Source: Rubripirellula sp.
Lineage (GTDB): Bacteria; Planctomycetota; Planctomycetia; Pirellulales; Pirellulaceae
Assembly: GCA_965216875.1 (NCBI GenBank)
Contig: OZ244207.1
Location: 3,104,001-3,168,000 of the forward strand
Reading direction: 5' to 3'
Length of the DNA: 64,000 nucleotides
Shown here: positions 29,550 to 38,275 of the stretch, in pieces
Position numbering within the stretch: position 1 is the stretch's first letter
Layout of the letters: every line of letters begins with the position of its first letter
Notes under the pieces: generated by a model
What the model was told of the DNA's origin: nothing
Seen by the model: the letters and a program-made list of their open reading frames with translations, nothing else
The model's database searches: none
Program-made: the position numbers and the translations under genes

Positions 29550-31244
29550 CTAGCCCACCTTTTCGCTCATGCGCGCAGCAAGCTGTTTGAGCGTATTGCT
29601 CGCGTCGCCTTCACTCAGTTTCGCATGAATCAAATGCGGACAACTGCGATCATCCCAAACGTCTTGAAGCGCTTGGTCGAACTCGACCTCCGTGCTCACC
29701 AAGTGCTTGGTTCCCGTGCCATAGACATCAATCAGCGCGCCGTAATTCCAAGGGAGAATCTCGTTGTATTCCCAATCGCCCGCATGCAGGTAACGCTCTG
29801 TTCCATAGCCATGGTTATCCAAGACGATCACGATCGGCGAGAGCTTTTGTCGTACGAGCGAACTCAGCTCTTGTCCCGTCATCTGGAAAGCACCGTCACC
29901 GACGATCACGACAATCCGATGGTCCGGCCGCGCGGTCGCGGCGCCGAGAGCGGCGGGAACACTGAAGCCCATCGACGTGTAGTAGGCCGGACTTAAGAAT
30001 TCGCCTCGTTCGTGGATCGTCAACTCCGTCGCGGCGAAAAGCGAATCCCCGACGTCGGCAATCACGATCGTGTCGGCATCAAGCCGTTCGTTGAGCGACT
30101 GAACTATCCGGCTCGTGCTCAATTCCTCGTCGGTGGGCGGAACGATTTCGACGTTCACAGGTTTTCGAATCGACAGCGGCACCTCACGGGGGTTGCTCTT
30201 CAATTCGGCCTTGTTGAGCCCTTCGAGGAACGCGCGCAGGTCGACCCCATGATAATGATGATGCGAAATCTGCAGTGATTCACTGGTCGCATAAACGCAC
30301 CGGTCGGGATCGAGACGCGCGGTAAAGATCCCCAAGTTGATGTCACTCAAGAAAGCGCCCATCAACAAGATCAAGTCACTCTCCTCGACGAACTCGGTCA
30401 CCGCTTTGTCACCGAGTCCGCCTTCGTAGAGCCCAACGAAATTCGGATGCCGCTCTGAAATCACGCTCTTGCCAAGGATGGTGGCGGCGATCGGAATACC
30501 TGCGGCTTCGGACAACTGCAACAACTCGTCTTGCAATCGAAAACGGTGCATTTCGACGCCAGCGATGATCACCGGTTTCTTTGCCGACGCCAACCGCTGA
30601 GCCGTTTCACCGATCGCTTCGCTCGTTGCTTTAGGATCGTTCTCGCGAACGTACCCTGTATAACCATGCGCGACCGGCGGGACGGTATGCACCATGTCGC
30701 GCGGCAACTCGATATAGACCGGACGCTTGAAACGATCCGCTGCGTCGAGCACACGATCAATTTCAGAGAACGCAGTCAACGGATTGGAAAGGTCCGTTCC
30801 AGCGATCGTGAACTTTTCGAATACATCCATCTGAGTCCGAAAGTCCCGGACCATGTGATGAAGTAGTGCGCCACTGGTGCGTTCTTTCAAACCGGGCGAC
30901 CCGGAGATCACAACGACCGGACTTTTTTCGGCAAACGCTCCGGCGACAGAATTACAGACACTTAGTCCACCGACGCAGTAGGTCACGCACAGGGCCCCCA
31001 TGCCACGAATGCGTGCGTACGCATCTGCCGCAAACCCGGCGCAATCTTCGCGAGTGCATCCGACCACGTTGACCGGGCTTTTTTCCAGCTCACTGTAGAA
31101 CGAAAGCACATAGTCACCAGGGATCCCAAAAACGTCCTCGATCCCATAGTCCCGTAGCCTTTGAATCAAATAGTGACCGATCGAAAGGTTTGCGGTTGGA
31201 CGGCGTGGTGAATCTCCCGATGCATTGCTTGTTGGCCCACTCAT
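29550..31244 (-). CDS. ThDP-dependent alpha-keto acid decarboxylase (pyruvate/indolepyruvate decarboxylase family)
   Basis: FGIPGDY, E..AGFAADAYAR, LLHH, SMGFSVPAALGA and GDGAFQMTG...LDNHGYG motifs. Confidence 0.92.
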   Translation of the reverse strand: MSGPTSNASGDSPRRPTANLSIGHYLIQRLRDYGIEDVFGIPGDYVLSFYSELEKSPVNVVGCTREDCAGFAADAYARIRGMGALCVTYCVGGLSVCNSVAGAFAEKSPVVVISGSPGLKERTSGALLHHMVRDFRTQMDVFEKFTIAGTDLSNPLTAFSEIDRVLDAADRFKRPVYIELPRDMVHTVPPVAHGYTGYVRENDPKATSEAIGETAQRLASAKKPVIIAGVEMHRFRLQDELLQLSEAAGIPIAATILGKSVISERHPNFVGLYEGGLGDKAVTEFVEESDLILLMGAFLSDINLGIFTARLDPDRCVYATSESLQISHHHYHGVDLRAFLEGLNKAELKSNPREVPLSIRKPVNVEIVPPTDEELSTSRIVQSLNERLDADTIVIADVGDSLFAATELTIHERGEFLSPAYYTSMGFSVPAALGAATARPDHRIVVIVGDGAFQMTGQELSSLVRQKLSPIVIVLDNHGYGTERYLHAGDWEYNEILPWNYGALIDVYGTGTKHLVSTEVEFDQALQDVWDDRSCPHLIHAKLSEGDASNTLKQLAARMSEKVG

Positions 31245-31493
31245 TTGGCGACTCCCCGATTCGCGGCAATGGAAAAGCGTCACGTAGCCGCGACGAAACG
31301 TAATCCAATCCGCGACTCACTCTCTTATTTGACTCTATGCATTGTCGCGTGTGTGGCCAAATGGAAGGCCGGCGAAATCGCTGCTCGAGCGAGGCGTTTG
31401 AACTCGGTTGCATGACGCTTGCCCCCAATTCGAGTTCGTGATTCTCGACGCATGGGTCGGCAACAGGACCGCAGAATTGGGGGATTCGCGCAA

Positions 31494-31504
31494 TGTGCTA
31501 TAAT
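31494..31504 (+). promoter_or_regulatory. Extended -10 promoter element
   Basis: TGTGCTATAAT matches TRTGnTATAAT, about 45 bp upstream of the ATG at 31550. Confidence 0.55.
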
Positions 31505-31549
31505 GAGTTGGCCGAGTTCCCTCCATCGTTTTCAAACGAGACTCTTCAG

Positions 31550-32494
31550 ATGATTCGATTCCGTCATGTCGCCAGCGTCGGTTTACTGATCATGTTTGGC
31601 GCATCGTGGCTATTGGCTGACGAAAAGCGTGCGCCCGCCCCGAAATTCAACGACGCGCAACTCGACGGCATCTTTTTTGAAGATCTCGATGCTGCATTTC
31701 GCGGCAACGCCAAACCTTCGTTGTCAGCGATTCGGTCCAGTGCGGCCGCCACGACGGTTGCGGCAACGACCTCGAAAGCAGCGACCAATGAATCAGCAAC
31801 AAACGGTGTTTGGACGAAGCTGATCACACCCGCTTCGATCGAAGACGAAATCAAACGGCTCAAGCTCGAGTTCGACGGGCTGATCACCACGCCTGGTGCA
31901 TTCAACAGCGGCGGCTACATCGAAGCTCGCGTCGACCTCACCGCGCTGGCCATGATGTTCGCCGTGGTCCAAGAACATGACGGGGAAGTCCGCTGGAAGA
32001 AACAGGCCCCCGCCGCGCGAGACCTGTTGGCGAGAACAGCCTTCAATTGCAAAGCGGGATCGACCCAGGTTTACAACGAAGCCAAACAACGCAAAGGCGA
32101 CCTGCAAGATCTGATCTCAGGTGGCGGCATCTCGGCTCGCGATGTCGAAGAGGAAAACGATTGGGGCATGATCGTCGACCGCTCGCCGTTGATGGAGTAT
32201 GCCGAACGCCTGATCGAATCGCTTGAAGATCACAGCCGTGACACCAACACGGTCAAGGCGAACCTCGATGAAGTTCGTCGCGAGGCCGAATCACTTTCGG
32301 TGTTTGGGGAAGTGCTCACGCGTGAAGGGCTCGACGAAGCTGACAACGAAGACTATGTCAAACTTAGCCTTCACATGGTCGAAGCGTCCAAAGGTGTCTC
32401 AGCAGCATTGACGCGAAACGACATCGACGCGGTTCGCAAAGAAGTTGCCAACATTCGCCAACGCTGCGACACCTGTCACAACGAGTTCCGCTAG
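31550..32494 (+). CDS. Exported helical cytochrome c (class II / c'-like, C-terminal heme)
   Basis: Signal peptide, helical body, terminal CDTCHNEFR. Confidence 0.8.
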   Translation: MIRFRHVASVGLLIMFGASWLLADEKRAPAPKFNDAQLDGIFFEDLDAAFRGNAKPSLSAIRSSAAATTVAATTSKAATNESATNGVWTKLITPASIEDEIKRLKLEFDGLITTPGAFNSGGYIEARVDLTALAMMFAVVQEHDGEVRWKKQAPAARDLLARTAFNCKAGSTQVYNEAKQRKGDLQDLISGGGISARDVEEENDWGMIVDRSPLMEYAERLIESLEDHSRDTNTVKANLDEVRREAESLSVFGEVLTREGLDEADNEDYVKLSLHMVEASKGVSAALTRNDIDAVRKEVANIRQRCDTCHNEFR

Positions 32495-32572
32495 GCCTCG
32501 CGCCAACGCGCGTAGGCCAGATCAAGGCGCGTCAGCGGCGCAGATCCGGCATGGTTCGAAAACGCCCCCTGC

Positions 32573-35026
32573 TCAACGGCTGACCAATTGCTTGAGCTGG
32601 TCACCGGTCATTCGGTGCGCAGCATCATGCGGGCAAGCGTGCACGCAGCTTGGCCCACCGGCGTCGCGGCACAAATCGCAGGTTGTCGCCCGCTGTTGAA
32701 CCACAGCGCGACCACCCGAGTCTTTGCTCTTGAAACCGTGCATGTTGATGTTGCCGTAGGGGCATTGGTTGGCGCACAACCCGCAACCAATGCAATAGTC
32801 TTCGATTTCGATCTCTTTTGAATCACCATCGCGGTGAATGGCGTCCACAGGACATCCGACCAGACAAAGTGGGTCAAGACACGACCGGCAACTACTTGCG
32901 ACCAGAAACTTGTCGAACCGGAGTCCTTCGCGAATCAATCGCGTCACTCCATCCTGATGGGCGTCCGCGCACGCCTTGGTGCATTCGTCGCAACGGGTAC
33001 AGCGTTCCAAGTCGAGCACAAGCAGGCTTTGCGCCATGTACAACCCTTGCTCGAGGAAGCTGTCGGCATCGATGGCCTGCAATCGCGACTCGGCCTCGCG
33101 ATCACTCTTCAACAACTTCTTCGCATTATCGAGCAACGGCTTGCGTATCTGCGGGTACCGTTCAAGCAACTCCCGAAAATCATTGCCGTCGATTCGGTAG
33201 AGCTCGACGTGGTCGAGTGCCGAACAGGTCGCCGTCCGCCGACCGCGATTCGCCTCGCCCAAGACATCTTCGTTCAACTCATCGGTCAAACCACTGAGCA
33301 ATCCGATTTCCCCAAACCCGCTGCCTGGGCCCAGGTAGTTCAAAACACGTTCATCGCGCCCGTATTTCTGCGTCACCTTTACCGACCCCAGTTTGTTGAC
33401 GTAATAGGCGTCGGCAAGGTCGCCCTGTTCAAAGATCGGTTGCAGGGGATCGACCAAGACATAGGAAGCTCGATCAGCCAGAAAGGCTGCGGCGTCCTCC
33501 TTCATCTGCTGGTCAAGTGATTCGAACAGTGGCAGATTGCCAAGCTGGCCCTTCAGCGCGCGTTCGCGGTAAAGCTTGTCAAGGATCTCGCGGCTGACTT
33601 GATTGCGTTGCAACATGTACAGCACGTTGCGGCGAATCTCGAGCACGTGTGACTCTTTGGTGGCCCTCACCGTGGCCGAGCGAACACCACGATTCATACA
33701 GGTCATTTCGCCAAGGATCACGTCGTCCTTGTTTCTCAAAATCCGGTTACCTGGTTCGTAGGCGATTTCTCCCACGTCGCCAAGCGTTGGCTTTCGACTA
33801 CTCCGCGACGTTTCTCTGACGGTATCAATGCGTCCAAAGAGTCGTCCCAGCAGACCGCCTGAACGCCGGTTTTTCAGACTGCCGGTCTCGACGTTGAAAT
33901 CGATCTCAAATTCACCATCGAGGATGATGAAAGCGGTGGCACCGTATTCGCCTTGCCGGCAAAGTTCCTGGCCCGGTTTGAGCATCCTCCGGACAACCGC
34001 AGCACCGTTGAATTGCAAAAACTTGTAGGGAATGTCCTTGAACAAATCGTATTTGATCAATTCATCAGCAGTAACAATGTCGCCATCTTTGCGTTCGTCC
34101 TTTAACTCCTTACGAACGCGATCCACCTGAGTCTCGATGAAGTCCTTTTGGAACTCCAAGGCGCCCGTTGGGCAACTAACGGCACATTCACCACACGAAA
34201 CACAAGTGCTTTCCTCCATCGAGTTGTTCAGGTCAAACACGATGCGAGAATCGTAGCCCTTGCCACCACGCCCAATGACGTTGTTGCCCTTGATCCAGTT
34301 GCAACCACGTTGGCAACGACCGCACAGAATGCATTGGTCATGATCAACGTGGATCATATGACTCGATTCATCTTGCCCACGAGTCACCGGCAAAGGACTG
34401 AACCGCTTGGGATCTGCGTCCAACCGCTCGGCAACTTTCACCAGTTCATTGCCCGGCGTCACCGTTGCCTGATCGGGACCATGGTCGGCAATCAGCAGTT
34501 CGACCACGGTACGACTTGCATTCTTGACCCGACCCGCGGCAGCTTCGTCGCTACTGTTGATCGTGTGCACGACCATGCCGTCTTTGACGGCTTGTTTGCA
34601 CGAGGGGACCAGCTTCTTGCGAATCGCGCCACGACTCTCTTCGACCAACTCCACCACACAGACTCGGCAGACGCCGACAGGTGGCAAATGTTCGCGATGA
34701 CAAAGCGCTGGAATCGGGTGCTGCTCGCCCGGTTTCGTGACGAACGCCTTGTACGCTGCGTCATAGATCGTGGTTGGCCGCGGAATCGGTTTCCCGTCGG
34801 CATCTTGCTTGATATTGCCCTGGGAATCGCACTCGGGCACCGCTTGGTTGACGACGACTTGAACACCATCAATCACCAGCGTGACCGTTTTCTCCAACTC
34901 ATCCGCGGTCGCTTTTTCGACGCGAATCAGTTGTCCATCGACGTCACGAGCGAACAGACCTTCGTCTTCTGGAAGGACGGAATAGTCGATATCGAAATTG
35001 ATCGCATCATCAGGGACGTTACTCAT
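32573..35026 (-). CDS. Fe-S protein: NuoG/HoxU-like N-terminus, two cNMP-binding domains, four-cluster ferredoxin C-terminus
   Basis: IPALC...CRVC...PSC (2Fe-2S); CILCGRCQRGC and CVSCGECAVSCP; GEMTC...RSAT and FGEIGLL...RTAT; CTRCDECTKAC, CRSCLDPLCLVGCP, CIGCGLCANQCP and CDLC...CVHACP. Start set at MSNVPD. Confidence 0.9.
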   Translation of the reverse strand: MSNVPDDAINFDIDYSVLPEDEGLFARDVDGQLIRVEKATADELEKTVTLVIDGVQVVVNQAVPECDSQGNIKQDADGKPIPRPTTIYDAAYKAFVTKPGEQHPIPALCHREHLPPVGVCRVCVVELVEESRGAIRKKLVPSCKQAVKDGMVVHTINSSDEAAAGRVKNASRTVVELLIADHGPDQATVTPGNELVKVAERLDADPKRFSPLPVTRGQDESSHMIHVDHDQCILCGRCQRGCNWIKGNNVIGRGGKGYDSRIVFDLNNSMEESTCVSCGECAVSCPTGALEFQKDFIETQVDRVRKELKDERKDGDIVTADELIKYDLFKDIPYKFLQFNGAAVVRRMLKPGQELCRQGEYGATAFIILDGEFEIDFNVETGSLKNRRSGGLLGRLFGRIDTVRETSRSSRKPTLGDVGEIAYEPGNRILRNKDDVILGEMTCMNRGVRSATVRATKESHVLEIRRNVLYMLQRNQVSREILDKLYRERALKGQLGNLPLFESLDQQMKEDAAAFLADRASYVLVDPLQPIFEQGDLADAYYVNKLGSVKVTQKYGRDERVLNYLGPGSGFGEIGLLSGLTDELNEDVLGEANRGRRTATCSALDHVELYRIDGNDFRELLERYPQIRKPLLDNAKKLLKSDREAESRLQAIDADSFLEQGLYMAQSLLVLDLERCTRCDECTKACADAHQDGVTRLIREGLRFDKFLVASSCRSCLDPLCLVGCPVDAIHRDGDSKEIEIEDYCIGCGLCANQCPYGNINMHGFKSKDSGGRAVVQQRATTCDLCRDAGGPSCVHACPHDAAHRMTGDQLKQLVSR

Positions 35027-35031
35027 TGATT

Positions 35032-36840
35032 TCACGCTCCTGTCGCTTTTGTGGTGCAAGCTTGGCGGGCAAGTTCCGGAAAGAACTTTAGGAAGCTGCT
35101 AAAGGGATTGCTCGCCACCGCGCCGAGGCCGCAGATGCTCGTACCGACCATCACTTGGCTCAACTGATCCGCGGTGCCGCCAAAGCCATCGAGTTCCTCG
35201 ACCGTGACATCGCCAGCCAACAAACGCTCGGCCATTTCCGTGATCTTTTGCGATCCGATTCGGCAGGGCACACACTTGCCGCACGATTCGTTGCGATAAA
35301 AGCGACTGTTTGCAACCGCTTCGGCAAGCACGTCGCAGCCCTCGCCGTAAACCACTATCCCGGCACCGACCATGTAACCGACGGCTCGCGAAACATTGAT
35401 GTCCAAGGGTAGATCACGAACTGAGATTTCCGTCACGCCCTCGGGGACGTTCTTTTCGACAAAGCGCCGACTCAAGTATTTGACCGGGATCTTATTTGGA
35501 AGCAGCCCACCGGAAGGCCCACTCAATGCGACCGCCACGATCTCCTTTCCCCCTGCCATGCCGCCACAATGATCGTCGATCAGTTGACCAAGCGTGATCC
35601 CTGTCTCCACTTCGTAAACACCTGGTTTTTCCAGGTCGCCGCTGATGGAAAAAAGGCGTTTGCCCTTCATCTTTGGCTCGCTGCCTTTGGCAAGCATCGC
35701 GTCATGCTTCCCCTGTTCGGCGAACCATTTGCCTCCATCGCGAAGAATCGAAGGAGCCCAGGCAAAGGTCTCGACGTTCGACAGAAGGGTTGGCAAATTG
35801 TTCAATCCGTTGGTCATCAGCTCGGGTGGGCGGATGCGTGGCTCGGCCCGCTTGTCTTCCATCGCTTCAATCAAAGCCGTTTGTTCGCCACAGATGTAGC
35901 CGCCGGGACTCTCGTAGACTTCGAGTTTGAATGATCGCCCGCTTCCAAAAATATTGGGTCCGCAGGCACCCAACTCCTCGGCGCGTTTGATCTCCTCGCG
36001 ACACTTCTCGATTTGTTCGGGGTATTCGTGTCGGACGTAGATCCATCCTTCGTCAGCGCCGGTGACGAGCGCGGCTAGAATCATGCCCTCGATGGTTGTA
36101 TGTGGCGCTGCGAGAAGAATATCGCGGTCCTTGAACGTCCCTGGCTCGCTCTCGTCGGCATTGCAAACGACGTACTTCTTGCCCGACTTCGATTGGGCTC
36201 GCAGGACATCGCCCCACTTTCGATAAGCGCGTCCACCAGCGCCACCCATTCCGAGCAGATTCGCGTACTCGAGCGCCGACAGGACGGTATCGGAGTCCAT
36301 GCCATCTTCGACAAACTTCTTGACCACTTCATAGGTAGCAGTGCCCTGGTAGGTGTCGAGTGCCCACTGCCCCACCTGTGTTTTCGCGTGTTCGGCGTCC
36401 GTATCATGAGCGGGCTCTTGTCCATCAAGCATCGCGGCGACCGCCTTCTGACAACGACCAACATCAGTCTCAGCCAGAAGACGTTCATGCTCGGTGACCC
36501 CTTCGGCATAAACCATGGCAGCAGGTGCCCGATCGCATCTGCCCAAACAAGAAACACCACAGACTTGAACTTGATCGCCGTAGTTCTCGGTGGCCCATTG
36601 CGTCAACTCTTCCGTCGCCTTCACACTTCCTTTCAAGTGACAACTCATGTCACGGCAAACGTGTACGGTCGCCTTGGGTGGTGGATCCGTGCGGAAATGA
36701 GGAAAAAACGAAACGAGCGCCTCCACACGATGCATTGGCACATCAAGCTGATCCGCGACCAGCTTCATGTCAGCTGAAGTGAGAAAACCGCCACGTTCTT
36801 TCTGGCGTTTCTTCAATGCAGGAATGATGACGAGACTCAT
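35032..36840 (-). CDS. NuoE-NuoF fusion flavoprotein (NAD(H)/FMN-binding diaphorase module)
   Basis: VCRDMSC...SCLGRCDRAP (thioredoxin-like 2Fe-2S); GMGGAG, CNADESEPGTFKDR, YICGEQTAL and ESCGKCVPCRIG...ICGLG (4Fe-4S). Confidence 0.92.
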   Translation of the reverse strand: MSLVIIPALKKRQKERGGFLTSADMKLVADQLDVPMHRVEALVSFFPHFRTDPPPKATVHVCRDMSCHLKGSVKATEELTQWATENYGDQVQVCGVSCLGRCDRAPAAMVYAEGVTEHERLLAETDVGRCQKAVAAMLDGQEPAHDTDAEHAKTQVGQWALDTYQGTATYEVVKKFVEDGMDSDTVLSALEYANLLGMGGAGGRAYRKWGDVLRAQSKSGKKYVVCNADESEPGTFKDRDILLAAPHTTIEGMILAALVTGADEGWIYVRHEYPEQIEKCREEIKRAEELGACGPNIFGSGRSFKLEVYESPGGYICGEQTALIEAMEDKRAEPRIRPPELMTNGLNNLPTLLSNVETFAWAPSILRDGGKWFAEQGKHDAMLAKGSEPKMKGKRLFSISGDLEKPGVYEVETGITLGQLIDDHCGGMAGGKEIVAVALSGPSGGLLPNKIPVKYLSRRFVEKNVPEGVTEISVRDLPLDINVSRAVGYMVGAGIVVYGEGCDVLAEAVANSRFYRNESCGKCVPCRIGSQKITEMAERLLAGDVTVEELDGFGGTADQLSQVMVGTSICGLGAVASNPFSSFLKFFPELARQACTTKATGA

Positions 36841-36865
36841 GGTGCGGTTTCGCGTCTTCTCTCAG

Positions 36866-38275
36866 CTAGGGTTTTAGGGCGTCGTTAAGGAAGGTCTTCA
36901 ACTGCGCGCCAATCGCGGGATCAAAACGACCTGGCGAGTTCACCCCCGAGTCAAATTGCAGCAGCGGTCGCGATTGATTCAAGAATCGCCTATACGGTTC
37001 ATCCTTTCCCGCGGAAAACTCACGCAGCGCGGCTTCGGCATCAAGGTAAAACACAGCAGCTTCATACCAATCACTCGGGGGAGGCGTTTGCTGTAAGCGG
37101 TCGAGCTCCACCTTTGCATCAGTGCCGCCGTTTTGAGCAATCGCAATCCCTTCGGCACGAACCGTATTGGCAAGCTTGATACCGCTGGCAGCCATCCGAT
37201 CGGCATCGACCGCATTGGGAGCAAGCGCTTTCAAGGTCGTCTCATTGAACTCTCGCTGACCAACGGTATGCCACGAATTCCAAATCGGCAGGCCGCTACT
37301 GACCTGCAAGGCTGACGGTTTGGCATCGGGCGGCAAACGGTACTGTTCCATCGACAACGACTGATGGCATGCAAAGCAATCGTAGTCGGCAAGTTCGGGC
37401 CACGGCACGTTGCCCCCCTTTGCGTAGTCTGCCGCGCGCTGAGCTGCAAGCTTGGCAGCAGCGGCAAGCGTGATCGCGCGACCAGCCTGTCGTACTTGGA
37501 CAGGCGACTTCGAAAACGCGAACGGGCCCTTATTCGGGCTCCAGTGCTTCGGCAACGCCTCGTTGTAGGTCCCCAGTTCGAACCGCAGCACGGGATGCCC
37601 CGCCGCAATCATGTCGTGATTCATATCGCGAATCAAACCGTCAGCATCCCGAGATCCGACGTGACACCGCACGCAACGCGAACTACGCCCGACGATCGTT
37701 TCCGTATCAAGCATTCCTACAGAAATCTTGAAATTGCTGTCTTTGCTGTGGGCGGCGATCGGGTCCGCATCATTCGAGGTTGCGAATCCTGGAAGGTAGT
37801 GCTGGTGCAGCCATTGGTCGGCGCGGCCGTGACACGATTGGCACGAAACACCGCCAGCAAGCTGCAACGAATCGATTCGTTCGCCGCTTGGTTGACAATC
37901 CAAGACCTGGGCCGTCGCGTGACAGCTCAAGCAACGACGCCGGAGCAGATTGTCGCGATCGAGCAGCCAGGCACCGTCACCCGCCGCTTGCTTCGCAGCG
38001 ATTTTCGGATCGAGCGCAAACACGATCTGTGTAGACAAGTCGCTGTAAAGGGTGATGCCGGCATTTGCATGAGGATCGCGGTCCGCCCAAACCGTCCAAG
38101 ACGATGCCCAACTTTCACCACGGCCGATCGCCCCACCATGGCAAGTCGATGCGGCACAACTCGCACGTTCGATAACGGAGGGCGAAACAATGTCGGTCGT
38201 CTGACTGCGAACGCGTGCCGGAAACACGATCGCAATGGCAACAGCGATCAACCAAACTCGACAAGATGTGTTCAT
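36866..38275 (-). CDS. Pentaheme cytochrome c, paralog A
   Basis: Signal peptide from MNTSCRVWL. Heme motifs CAASTCH, CLSCH, CQSCH, CVRCH, CFACH. ATGA overlap with the upstream gene. Confidence 0.88.
   Translation of the reverse strand: MNTSCRVWLIAVAIAIVFPARVRSQTTDIVSPSVIERASCAASTCHGGAIGRGESWASSWTVWADRDPHANAGITLYSDLSTQIVFALDPKIAAKQAAGDGAWLLDRDNLLRRRCLSCHATAQVLDCQPSGERIDSLQLAGGVSCQSCHGRADQWLHQHYLPGFATSNDADPIAAHSKDSNFKISVGMLDTETIVGRSSRCVRCHVGSRDADGLIRDMNHDMIAAGHPVLRFELGTYNEALPKHWSPNKGPFAFSKSPVQVRQAGRAITLAAAAKLAAQRAADYAKGGNVPWPELADYDCFACHQSLSMEQYRLPPDAKPSALQVSSGLPIWNSWHTVGQREFNETTLKALAPNAVDADRMAASGIKLANTVRAEGIAIAQNGGTDAKVELDRLQQTPPPSDWYEAAVFYLDAEAALREFSAGKDEPYRRFLNQSRPLLQFDSGVNSPGRFDPAIGAQLKTFLNDALKP

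Noticed and set aside
32573..36840. Complex I, hydrogenase or formate dehydrogenase operon
   Set aside because: No other nuo genes, and no H-cluster, NiFe or Mo-bisPGD motifs are seen.
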